The position numbers were made by a program, and so were the translations under genes. The notes beneath the pieces are model-generated. The model saw nothing but the letters and a program-made list of their open reading frames with translations, made no database searches and was not told where the DNA came from. A stretch of DNA of 63,481 nucleotides, the filler included. It is 6 parts of 6 records of this genome, joined end to end, with 100 filler letters (N's around TTAATTAATTAA, not from the genome) between each part and the next. Parts side by side here need not be neighbours in the genome. Positions count along the whole stretch, not along the records: positions 5,668 to 13,382 come from SRR31156797_36837; positions 13,483 to 28,156 come from SRR31156797_36893; 4 more parts are not named here. One strand, given 5' to 3'. Shown here in pieces: positions 11,189 to 19,697 of this stretch. Position 1 is the first letter of the stretch. Every line of letters starts with the position of its first letter.

Positions 11189-11698
11189 ATGGAAATAAAC
11201 CAACAGCGCTGGGATAAAATTAGAAAATTATTTGGCGACGGGACACATGCAACAGCCTCCCCGGCCCTGCCATACTGCGCCTTTGCCACAGTCGATGAAG
11301 ATGGATCGCCTCGCGCGGCGCCTTATACCTCCTTGATTTTGAATGATAAGATGAGGGGTTTTTACTTCGATGAATTTTCGCGCAATACATCGGGAAATTT
11401 CGATCGCGATCAGAAAGTCTGTGTTTTGATCGTCAAAAGCAGCAGATTGTTTTGGTTTAAAACCCTTGTTTTGGGCAGGTTTGACCACCCGCCCGGCATT
11501 CGACTCATGGGCAGGGTTTCCAAGAAAAGAGAAGCGACGGAGCAAGAATTGAATGCTTTTAAAAAACCATTGAGCGTGCTGCGGTTTTTTAAAGGATATG
11601 AGCCCATATGGGGATTTATGAAATATGGCCGAGAAATTAATTTCCGTTCTTTTGAGCCGGTAAAATGCGGCTCAATAAAAGAGCTTGAATCTATTTAG
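11189..11698 (+). CDS. Pyridoxamine 5'-phosphate oxidase-like protein (second paralog)
   Basis: GAGG RBS; CAFATVDEDGSPRAAP; shares GRF..PG.RLMGR and FKG....W with 10150-10653. Confidence 0.8.
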   Translation: MEINQQRWDKIRKLFGDGTHATASPALPYCAFATVDEDGSPRAAPYTSLILNDKMRGFYFDEFSRNTSGNFDRDQKVCVLIVKSSRLFWFKTLVLGRFDHPPGIRLMGRVSKKREATEQELNAFKKPLSVLRFFKGYEPIWGFMKYGREINFRSFEPVKCGSIKELESI

Positions 11699-11916
11699 TT
11701 GTCTATATAATCTGACAAAGATAGAATCCGATCCGACGACCTGAATGCATGACCCATGGGGTCGGCGACAAGAGATCCGTTCAAAAATTGAAGACCCTTG
11801 AAAATAATCCGTCACAACCCAAAGGGTAAATCGGTCTGATTAATATGGACCCAACTTGACCACATGAAAAAGCGTGCCCCTAAAGGGTTGAACGGGACAC
11901 AAATATGGAGGTTGCA

Positions 11917-13002
11917 ATGGAAGATCGGATCTACCAAAATTTGAGACAACAGCTGGACCAATACGCCGTCGGTTTTCCGGTTTCCCGATCCGGAAAGGAG
12001 TTGGAAATCCTGGAGAAACTATTTGCGCCGGATGAGGCGGAATTGTATTATTTTTTAAGTCTTAAACCTGAAACGGCCGATGCCGTTGCAATGCGCATGG
12101 GTCGAGATGCAGGGTCGGTGACGGACCTTCTGGAGCGGATGTTTAAAAAGGGCCTCGTTTTCCGCCGTGAAAAAAATGGAACGGCCAAATTCGGCGCCCA
12201 ACCCTTTGTTCCGGGGATTTTCGAACAACAGTCCGAATCCATGGATGAAACACTGGCCGCCCTTTACGAGGCCTATTTTCAGGAGGTCTTCCATAAAAAC
12301 CTGGCGGAAACGGAGCCGCTCCTGATACACAGGCCCATTCCCGTAAACAGGAGCATTGATGTGTCATACCCCATGGCCGTTTATGACAATTCCAGGGAGA
12401 TCGTCAGAAACCAGGACCTGATCGCAGTTGCAAAGTGCATTTGCAGGGTGCAAAAGGGCGCAATCCATGAAGGTTGCGATAAACCTGTTGAAACATGCTT
12501 CATGTTTGGGGGGCAGGCCCAGTACTACATGGACCGGGGAACCGGCCGTCGGATTACCGTGGATGAGGCCCTTGAGATTCTCGACCGGTGCGAGGAGGCG
12601 GGACTGGTGACCATGCCTTTCAACACTCAGACGCCGGCCAATATCTGCAACTGCTGTTCCGATTGTTGCGTTGTCCTCGGTGTGCTGAAAAAGCACCCGC
12701 GCCCGGTGGAAATGATTAAACCCGGTTTTCATGCTTTCGTGGACAGGGAGCTGTGCGAGGCCTGTGAAACCTGCCTGGAACGTTGTCCCATGGATGCCGT
12801 TGCCATGGGTGTTGGCGATAAGGCGGAAATCAACCTGGACCGATGCATCGGCTGCGGCCTCTGTGTGAATGTTTGTCCGGAAGAAGCGATTCATCTGGAG
12901 CCAAAACCAGAAAATGAGCGGCTTGTGCCGCCTGAAACCGGCGCCCACACCTTTATGGAAATCGCTAAAGGACGGCAAGGGTCATCTCCATCCAAAATGT
13001 GA
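11917..13002 (+). CDS. 4Fe-4S dicluster-binding protein with N-terminal HTH-like region
   Basis: GGAGG RBS; CICR, ICNCCSDCC, CEACETCLERCP and CIGCGLCVNVCP ferredoxin motifs. Confidence 0.88.
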   Translation: MEDRIYQNLRQQLDQYAVGFPVSRSGKELEILEKLFAPDEAELYYFLSLKPETADAVAMRMGRDAGSVTDLLERMFKKGLVFRREKNGTAKFGAQPFVPGIFEQQSESMDETLAALYEAYFQEVFHKNLAETEPLLIHRPIPVNRSIDVSYPMAVYDNSREIVRNQDLIAVAKCICRVQKGAIHEGCDKPVETCFMFGGQAQYYMDRGTGRRITVDEALEILDRCEEAGLVTMPFNTQTPANICNCCSDCCVVLGVLKKHPRPVEMIKPGFHAFVDRELCEACETCLERCPMDAVAMGVGDKAEINLDRCIGCGLCVNVCPEEAIHLEPKPENERLVPPETGAHTFMEIAKGRQGSSPSKM

Positions 13003-13045
13003 GAGAGGGAAACCCTTGAGCGGTTTTCCCGGGGAAGGGAGGGAA

Positions 13046-13243
13046 ATGATGAAATGCGAGAAGTGCAGCGCCGATCTTGACAAGGGGGAGGGAAGGGCAT
13101 TGGGCGACCGAACCCTTTGCGATGATTGTTTTATTGATGCAATATGGCCCAAAGTGCGCAAGACTTATGACGAAAGTAACCCTTCGGAGTTTATGCAACG
13201 GCTGAAAAAGACCGGACCCGTTCATCCGCAGCAATATCACTAG
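13046..13243 (+). CDS. Small putative zinc-binding protein (65 aa)
   Basis: GGAGG RBS; CEKC...LCDDC motif. Confidence 0.65.
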   Translation: MMKCEKCSADLDKGEGRALGDRTLCDDCFIDAIWPKVRKTYDESNPSEFMQRLKKTGPVHPQQYH

Positions 13244-13331
13244 AGAATGGGATGGGACCTAGGTCGGGATTTTTCCGGCGCTGGTCCCCCACTTCTTTAA
13301 AACGGCTCATCGCGGATTAACGTAAAAACTT

Positions 13332-13375
13332 CCCCGGAGGGGTAAAGTCGTTTAGCCGGTGGTTTTAACCACCGG
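13332..13375. repeat. REP-like palindromes at contig end
   Basis: ccccggagggg and ccggtggttttaaccaccgg palindromes immediately before the assembly break. Confidence 0.5.
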
Positions 13376-13382
13376 AATAAGG

Positions 13383-13482
13383 NNNNNNNNNNNNNNNNNN
13401 NNNNNNNNNNNNNNNNNNNNNNNNNNTTAATTAATTAANNNNNNNNNNNNNNNNNNNNNNNNNNNNNNNNNNNNNNNNNNNN
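13383..13482. other. Artificial contig spacer
   Basis: N-run with TTAATTAATTAA. Confidence 0.97.
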
Positions 13483-13510
13483 ATTGAACCGACGGCCTGC
13501 TGGTTACGAA
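13483..13510 (-). tRNA. 3' fragment of tRNA-Thr(CGT), probable att site (not an intact tRNA)
   Basis: Minus strand TTCGTAA-CCAGC-AGGCC-GTCGG-TTCAAT = anticodon loop, 3' anticodon stem, variable loop and T arm. The 5' anticodon stem and D arm are absent; an integrase gene is adjacent. Confidence 0.75.
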
Positions 13511-13628
13511 TCTCATCCCTCCCTGTTTTACTGGGCCCCACTAAGTTGTATTGTGTTGTAAATTCAACAGGTTGAATAAACCGTACTTTGTGGTAAGTTG
13601 TAACAAATTAGATAGTTTTTACTCCCTA

Positions 13629-13660
13629 GGGTAGCAATGGGGGTAGCAGCGAGGGTAGCA
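13629..13660 (+). repeat. Three GGGTAGCA direct repeats, 12-bp period (candidate integrase arm sites)
   Basis: Copies at 13629, 13641 and 13653 between the att core and the int start. Confidence 0.6.
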
Positions 13661-14764
13661 ATGAAAAGGAAGAAAAGTAAGTTCACCGGCGTGTACATGC
13701 GTGAGTCCAAAGACCGCAGATACAAGGGCAAGCCGGACATCTGTTTTGACGTAACTTTCAAAGAAGGATCACGCAAGCTCTGGCAGAAGGTCGGCTGGAG
13801 ATCAGAAGGGATCACTGCCGCCTACGCTTCCAAAGTCCGCGCTGAAATAATGCGCAAAGTCCGGCTGGGCATGGACGTCTCAACACCGAAGCCCATGACC
13901 TTCGGGCAGGCCTTTAAAGAATATGAAGAAAATCACCTGACCAGTCTCAAAAGCGGCGACCGGGTGACACGGCTGTATAATGCCAGACTAAAAGACGAAT
14001 TTGAGAACATAAAACTTAAAGACATCAGCACCATCATGCTGGAGAAATATAAAAACAGGCTGCTGGCTGAAGGACTGGCTCCGGCCACGGCAACACACTG
14101 CCTCGCAATCTTCAGGTCGGTCTTTAAGAAAATGGTTTCGTGGGGGAAATACAAAGGCGCGGTTCCCACAGATCAAATCGCCATGCCCAAAAAGGACAAC
14201 CGCCGCTTTCGTTTCCTCAAAAAAAGCGAAGCTGATGAATTGCTCAGCTCACTGCGGGCCAGAAGCGAAGACACCTACCTTATGGCACTGGCCAGCCTGC
14301 ACACCGGCATGCGCTTCGGAGAGATTGCCAGCCTGCGGGCAGAACACATAAGCCTGAGAGACGGCATGATCCGCATTGTTGATGGCAAGGGCGAAAGTTC
14401 CCGGACAGTCTTCATGACTACGGAGCTGCGCTACCAGCTCAGTCAAAGACACCTCAAAGCCGGAGAACTCATCTTCCCCAACCGGGACGGCAAAATCCGG
14501 CCCATGATATCAAAGAGCTTTCCGCGCACCGTGAAAGCCTTGGGGCTAAATGACGGCATAGCAGACAAGCGTGACCACGTTGTCTTTCACTCCCTGCGCC
14601 ACACCTTCGCTTCATGGCTGGTCCAGAACGGGACGCCTCTCTACACCGTGAGCGAACTTCTGGGACATTCTTCTCTGGAAATGACGCAACGGTATTCACA
14701 TCTGGCACCGGAAGTGCTCAAGGCTGCGGCTGCTTCTTTTGATCGGATTGTTGGGAATGGGTAA
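13661..14764 (+). CDS. Tyrosine recombinase/integrase
   Basis: HTGMRFGEI (R), DGKG (K), FHSLRHTFASW (HxxR), LGHSSLEMTQRYSH (H, Y). Confidence 0.95.
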   Translation: MKRKKSKFTGVYMRESKDRRYKGKPDICFDVTFKEGSRKLWQKVGWRSEGITAAYASKVRAEIMRKVRLGMDVSTPKPMTFGQAFKEYEENHLTSLKSGDRVTRLYNARLKDEFENIKLKDISTIMLEKYKNRLLAEGLAPATATHCLAIFRSVFKKMVSWGKYKGAVPTDQIAMPKKDNRRFRFLKKSEADELLSSLRARSEDTYLMALASLHTGMRFGEIASLRAEHISLRDGMIRIVDGKGESSRTVFMTTELRYQLSQRHLKAGELIFPNRDGKIRPMISKSFPRTVKALGLNDGIADKRDHVVFHSLRHTFASWLVQNGTPLYTVSELLGHSSLEMTQRYSHLAPEVLKAAAASFDRIVGNG

Positions 14765-14794
14765 ATAAAAAAAACAATTGTGATTCAAAATAAG

Positions 14795-14834
14795 CAATGG
14801 ATGGTCCACAAATAACTTTGTAGGCCATCCATTG
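14795..14834. terminator. Stem-loop after integrase
   Basis: caatggatggtccacaaa/tttgtaggccatccattg imperfect inverted repeat. Confidence 0.5.
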
Positions 14835-15205
14835 TCATCAACCCAACTTGTTGTTCATAAAATCTATTTTTTGAACATCAAAAACATTTATCCGCCATTC
14901 ATGAACATCAAAAAACTTCACGCCCCTCGGCGATGTTCAAAAGTTCCCTAAAAACATAAATCGCTGCACTTCTTCCGCTGGCTGCGCGCAACTCTCTAAA
15001 CATACCGCGCTCATTTAAAATAGACAAAATCCTGCGCCCAGTAGAGACAGATACATTAGGAATAGGCGATCTGGTTTAGAAAAAATCTATTTAGCACACC
15101 CTAACCATATCTATAGGGATAAAAATAAACCAAGTCCGACCAGCAAAATTTATTTACTCAAAATCATTATTCAGCAAGAATAGCTTTATCAGGAAGATTA
15201 AAACG

Positions 15206-15808
15206 ATGGACAACACAAATAAAAGCTTCTTTCATTCCGGCCTCTCTAACATGACCAAAAACCGGGCAATAGTGTTGCGGTTGGCGCAACAATACATCAA
15301 CGGCTTAATGGCCCCGTCAGCCACCTTGCTGGAATTGCAGCACCTCATGTATTTTATGCAGGAGGCAGGTAAAAAGTTAGAACTCAATTTTCACCAAGGG
15401 ATCTACGGTCCCTATGTAGATAATTTGCACTATCTGCTCAAGCAAATGGACTGCACCGTCACTACCGGGAACAGTGAGGACAACACAGCCAAAGAATCCA
15501 TTGAGTTCCACAAGACTGACAGCAACGATGCACTGACTTTTCTCAAAAAACACGAACAAACGCTATCCAACGTGGATAGAGTCGGTGATCTGATCGCCGG
15601 TTTTGAAACTCCTTACGGCATGGAAGTTCTTGCGACAGTGCATTGGCTTGTCTCCAAGGAAAACGCCAAGAATGTGGATGAAGTCTATTCCGGTGTACAA
15701 AACTGGAATGCCCGAAAGGCTAAAATGATTCAGCGAAGGCATGTAGAGATTGCTTACAACGCTCTTGCCAATAAAGAATGGATACAACCAGATCAACCGC
15801 CAATCTAA
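15206..15808 (+). CDS. DarG antitoxin C-terminal-domain-like protein lacking the macrodomain
   Basis: TLLELQHLMYFMQEAG..L.L.F..G.YGPY..NL and LIAGFETPYGMEVLATVHW match the recalled C-terminal half of DarG proteins. Confidence 0.72.
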   Translation: MDNTNKSFFHSGLSNMTKNRAIVLRLAQQYINGLMAPSATLLELQHLMYFMQEAGKKLELNFHQGIYGPYVDNLHYLLKQMDCTVTTGNSEDNTAKESIEFHKTDSNDALTFLKKHEQTLSNVDRVGDLIAGFETPYGMEVLATVHWLVSKENAKNVDEVYSGVQNWNARKAKMIQRRHVEIAYNALANKEWIQPDQPPI

Positions 15809-16083
15809 AAAACTTCCACCGAATTATCCTTAACGTACTGGACCAAATCCACCCTTCTGTACACGATCCTGCGACCAAGAGTGGAAAATCGCGGGCCTTC
15901 TCCATTACTGCGCCAGTGGTCCAGCGTATTCTTTTTCACTGTTAGAAAATCAGCGGCTTCTTGAACTGTAAGTGTCTCTTTCCGATTTAAAATTTCCAGC
16001 TCTACGACCGGCTTAAAAGCTTCTTCAATAGCCAGTCGAATGTTCTTCATATTTTTCTCTGAAATATCTTTTTCCAAAATCAC
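15805..16083 (-). CDS. Excisionase-like HTH protein
   Basis: LTVQEAADFLTVKKNTLDHWRSNGEGPRF..LGRRIVYRRVDL (HTH_17/Xis pattern). Confidence 0.85.
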   Translation of the reverse strand: MILEKDISEKNMKNIRLAIEEAFKPVVELEILNRKETLTVQEAADFLTVKKNTLDHWRSNGEGPRFSTLGRRIVYRRVDLVQYVKDNSVEVF

Positions 16084-16128
16084 TATCTAATTCTCCAAGC
16101 TTATTTCGTATTCCGACTCAACAAATCT

Positions 16129-16555
16129 TTGCTAATTTAGCAAGAATCTTTTACAAGCTCAAGAAAAAGATCGGCCCGTAGAATCAGTTTTGGATAGACA
16201 TCTATTTCAAAAGGCTAATTAGCGAAGTCTCTCTTGGACACGAAAAAAGAGGCTGGCAACATCCATCCTCAACACGCAAGCAGCTCGGACAGCTTCTGAA
16301 ACAGGCAAGCTCTGAGGTTTGCCAGTCGGGGAACACTCCCTGATTTTCCACCACTTAGACGGGGCAGTCTTTGTGTCGCCGTACATCAATCGTGCAAATT
16401 GCGTATGAGAAATCCCCTTCTCTACATATAGGCTTACAATCTCAGCCACCAAAGCCCGCTCAAATTCATTCCCATTATTTTCCATCATTCCTGACCATCT
16501 TAGTTAAAGATATTTCTTTGCTAAATTAGCGTTGACTAAAAATACTAATTTAGCA
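16129..16555. promoter_or_regulatory. Repeated palindromic operator GCTAAWTTAGC
   Basis: TTGCTAATTTAGCAA 16129-16143, GCTAAATTAGC 16520-16530, ACTAATTTAGCA 16544-16555; the last two flank a TTGACT -35 box. Confidence 0.6.
16219..16488 (-). CDS. Small XRE-like DNA-binding regulator
   Basis: EKGISHTQFARLMY HTH-like segment; divergent from traK. Confidence 0.6.
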   Translation of the reverse strand: MMENNGNEFERALVAEIVSLYVEKGISHTQFARLMYGDTKTAPSKWWKIRECSPTGKPQSLPVSEAVRAACVLRMDVASLFFRVQERLR

Positions 16556-16635
16556 TAAACCAACTCCATGTCAATCAGTCCAAACACACACCCAAACTAA
16601 ACGAGCAAAGGCTCCTTGAATTAATCAAGGTCACA

Positions 16636-16914
16636 ATGAAAAAGAAAAAAGGTTTCGCAAAAATTGAATTCATCGCCAATCTTGAGGAAATAAAAGCTCT
16701 CCACAAAAGCGGCTTTAATAAAAAAATGATTCACGAGCACTTGCTTGGAAAAGGCAAAATAACAATGAGTTACGCAATTTTTTGTTCATACACCTTTGAC
16801 GGGGGTCGTCGAAAAAAACAAAGCAAACCCAAACGCCCTGCCCTCACACAGGAAGACAGGCCTTTCGTACACAAGAGCATCATAACCAAAGAAGATTTGG
16901 ATGAGTTGATTTAG
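16636..16914 (+). CDS. traK: TraK-family (IncP-type) oriT-binding protein
   Basis: AKIEFIANLEEIKAL..GF.KKMIHEHL..KGKITMSYAIFCSY pattern; relaxosome context. Confidence 0.65.
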   Translation: MKKKKGFAKIEFIANLEEIKALHKSGFNKKMIHEHLLGKGKITMSYAIFCSYTFDGGRRKKQSKPKRPALTQEDRPFVHKSIITKEDLDELI

Positions 16915-16974
16915 AAATGCCTTCTTGGCAGCACCCCAAGGAAATCCCCTAAACCTTTAGCAGCACTTAATTTT

Positions 16975-18534
16975 ATGACTTCAGAGGAACACAAATGCCC
17001 CTCCCGTAAACCGGACAATTGCGACGATAAGCAGCAATTTCAAACGAGTGCGGGTTATTCACGGGTACTTATCCGGCTCAAGTTGAACAAATTCTACAGA
17101 TCCCTTTCATACACAGCAAAAAACATAATCGCAGTTCTCATCCAGTCCGCACCGGCAATGGAAAAACCGTTTCCCATTGTTATTTCCAACCTTCAGCACG
17201 CAGCCGGATGCAGCAAAGCAAGCATTTTGCGCCATATCCCTAAAGGAGAACAAGCCGGACTTTATGAACGCAAAAACCATGACGCAGGGCGCAAGCACGG
17301 AAGCATCGTCACGCTGAACAAAGAACTCTGCGAGCGATTCCTTGAACTTCATTCACAGGAATACGGCCAATCCGCCAACACCAATAATGAATCATATTTC
17401 ATTCTATTTGATGGCAGCAAAGATCAATGCGGCCAAGCCTTGGATCTGGAAAACAAAACCGACCTATTTTTCTCCAGTTTATCCAATACGGAGAAACGTA
17501 TATTCGCTGTAATTTCAAAGCTTGCAGAAGATGTCCCTAGCGGGAAAATCCATCTTATAATTAAAGACGTTGCCGAACAGACATCTTGCAGTGAAGTGAC
17601 CGCCCGTCGGACAGTTAAGCGCGGCCAAGAAAGCGGCCTTTACGCCAAGAGACAACATGAACGCGGCCCCCGTTTCGGTGTAATCCTCAAGCTAAATGTT
17701 AAGCCCATGGAACGCATGAAAGAACTGCTGCAAACGTTCCCGGCAAAAGCTGATCAGTATCAATCCGACATAACCGAACATGATCGGATTCATGAGCAAA
17801 ATGAAACTGATCATGCAACCAGACTTGATCGGAATCATTTCAGCAGTGATCCTGCGCAGGCAAAACACCCCCTCAACCCTTGTCAGTCAGGGGGTGGCAG
17901 CAATTCAGTTCCGCGCTCTGACACTCAAAACGATCGGTATCACGAGCATCTTCTATTAGATAGACAGATAGAAAATCTATCTAACGCTGAAGAAAAATTC
18001 AGTGCGCGAAGGTTGCTGGAGATCAATGCGGAGGATTTCGAAATCCACTGGCCCAGACTCCACGAACACAAATTTGGGCCAAATCAGATTCGCCAGATTG
18101 TGAACCACCGGGTTGCAGGGGGCGAAACTCTTCTCGACATCAAGAACTCACTCTATGCCGCTGAATGGGAATTAGAACGCGAAACCTTTCCCAAAAACCG
18201 CAAAGGCCCGTGCAATTATCTTTTCGCCACCCTGAAGGACACAGGCACATGGCGCAGGCCGGTCGGCTTTCTCTCGCCCAACGAACAGGCACTTGCCAAC
18301 GCAAAAAAAGAAAAGGGCGTAGTCCGTGCGCTTGCAGAACAGAAAAAACAGCAGGCAAAAAAGGAGACACAAGCAAAATCAGACAAAAAGTTTGAAGCAT
18401 GGCTCGCCACACAGACACCTGAAGCACTGGCGGCGATTGATGCGCGATGTACCGTGCCGCCCAGCACCGAGGAGTCCAGACGTAGATGGCGGAGGGTTTA
18501 CTGGGGGAAAAATATTTATCGGGAGGAGGCGTAA
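16975..18534 (+). CDS. Putative replication initiator with two tandem winged-helix repeats
   Basis: Two similar units (F..SLS.T.K.I.AV...CS.....R....G...GLY.....G..G....LN), a low-complexity linker containing DNA repeats, and a helical C-terminus. Confidence 0.55.
   Translation: MTSEEHKCPSRKPDNCDDKQQFQTSAGYSRVLIRLKLNKFYRSLSYTAKNIIAVLIQSAPAMEKPFPIVISNLQHAAGCSKASILRHIPKGEQAGLYERKNHDAGRKHGSIVTLNKELCERFLELHSQEYGQSANTNNESYFILFDGSKDQCGQALDLENKTDLFFSSLSNTEKRIFAVISKLAEDVPSGKIHLIIKDVAEQTSCSEVTARRTVKRGQESGLYAKRQHERGPRFGVILKLNVKPMERMKELLQTFPAKADQYQSDITEHDRIHEQNETDHATRLDRNHFSSDPAQAKHPLNPCQSGGGSNSVPRSDTQNDRYHEHLLLDRQIENLSNAEEKFSARRLLEINAEDFEIHWPRLHEHKFGPNQIRQIVNHRVAGGETLLDIKNSLYAAEWELERETFPKNRKGPCNYLFATLKDTGTWRRPVGFLSPNEQALANAKKEKGVVRALAEQKKQQAKKETQAKSDKKFEAWLATQTPEALAAIDARCTVPPSTEESRRRWRRVYWGKNIYREEA
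17751..17984 (+). repeat. Iteron-like YGATCRGWWTCA repeats inside the rep-like gene
   Basis: Copies at 17751, 17781, 17826 and 17931, followed by the inverted repeat ttagatag...ctatctaa (17956-17984). Confidence 0.55.
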
Positions 18535-18700
18535 GTAGTCATCCCTATAGCCCTACCCCCATATTTCCATTTTCCGGCCCTGAATTTTGATACTTCTTGA
18601 TAAATTTTGATTCACTTTGAAATTATTCTCAAAGATCGTCAATTATGCGCAAAGATTGCCAAACACCTTCCGCAAGCACTAGAAATATCATACTTTATCA

Positions 18701-18813
18701 CGGAATCCGAAGGCAGGACAGGTAAGGTAGTGCCACTTTTTTCAAAGTGTTCTCCCTTACGTCCTGCGCAGCCTGAGCGACGATTAACTTATTCACCTTC
18801 GGTTCAACGCAAA
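18701..18813 (+). other. RP4-like oriT / traJ-II-like structured element, copy 1 (predicted nick on minus strand between 18713 and 18714)
   Basis: Minus strand CTACCTTACCTGTCCTG^CC resembles RP4 nic CTACTTCACCTATCCTG^CC; lies upstream of rha-traJ-traI. Confidence 0.75.
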
Positions 18814-18881
18814 TTGTTTAAGAAATTGAGACCAGCTCAATTTTGAGCTGACATTAACTGCAAACAAAACAGGATAAATCA

Positions 18882-19697
18882 ATGACCCAAAAAGCTAATA
18901 AAAATAATGAAATGTCGGATGCCGTCGAATTGGTTATGGAAAACGATAAGCCGATGGTTTCATCTTTGGTAGTGGCTGAGTTGTTTGAAAAACGGCATCA
19001 CAACGTTCTCAAATCAATAAGCGATCTAGAAATTCCCGATTCATTTAGAGCCCTGAATTTTCAGGCGTCCTCGTATGCAAGTAAACAGAACAAGAAAATG
19101 CCATCTTTCAACATGACCCGTGATGGATTTTCCCTTTTAGCCATGGGATTTACCGGCAAGAAAGCCACAGAATGGAAAATCAAATTCCTTGAAGCTTTCA
19201 ATGCCATGGAAAGGAAGCTGACGATTCCACAGGTTGAGGCAAATTTTCAAATTAAGAAGGCAACTCCAGAAGCAATCAAATCCTTTGAAGGGTTTGCCCG
19301 CTATTGGTGTTATCTTGAAAAATTTAGTTGGGAACAAGGCAAACGACAGATTGAAGCTGCAATCAGAGTTCCCGACATTTATGAGATGGACGCGTTAGCA
19401 TTGAACAGTGCTTGGACCTATATTACTCTTTGCACAAGAATCGTTCCGCCTAAAATGCGTGGGTTGAATGTCTGTTCTGAAGAAGAGCTGTCTCCGGTTA
19501 TAGGGCTGTTGGATTACTGGTCATACAGCACCAGCAATTCAAAAGATGAGCTGGAATCCAATTTCTGCAAGCGCATGGGAATTGATGCGCTGGAACAATT
19601 GCCAAAGTCATATCTTCCGCATGCAGTGAGTCTTGCTTGGGAAAACATTCATTTTGAAACAGGTAAATGTCGTGCCGTCAAAGAAGCGAATCATTAA
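18882..19697 (+). CDS. Rha family phage-type regulatory protein with duplicated C-terminal module
   Basis: SSLVVAELFEKRHHNVLKSI...MTRDGFSLLAMGFTGKKATEWKIKFLEAFNAME is the Rha signature. Confidence 0.88.
   Translation: MTQKANKNNEMSDAVELVMENDKPMVSSLVVAELFEKRHHNVLKSISDLEIPDSFRALNFQASSYASKQNKKMPSFNMTRDGFSLLAMGFTGKKATEWKIKFLEAFNAMERKLTIPQVEANFQIKKATPEAIKSFEGFARYWCYLEKFSWEQGKRQIEAAIRVPDIYEMDALALNSAWTYITLCTRIVPPKMRGLNVCSEEELSPVIGLLDYWSYSTSNSKDELESNFCKRMGIDALEQLPKSYLPHAVSLAWENIHFETGKCRAVKEANH

Noticed and set aside
13483-13560. Intact tRNA-Thr gene
   Set aside because: The sequence 5' of the anticodon loop cannot form the anticodon stem or D arm; only the 3' half is present.
18607-18846. 79-aa ORF sharing ESEGRTGKV with ORF 21571-21810
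   Set aside because: The peptide similarity comes from the duplicated oriT-like DNA. Indels between the copies shift the frame, so conservation is at the nucleotide/structure level.
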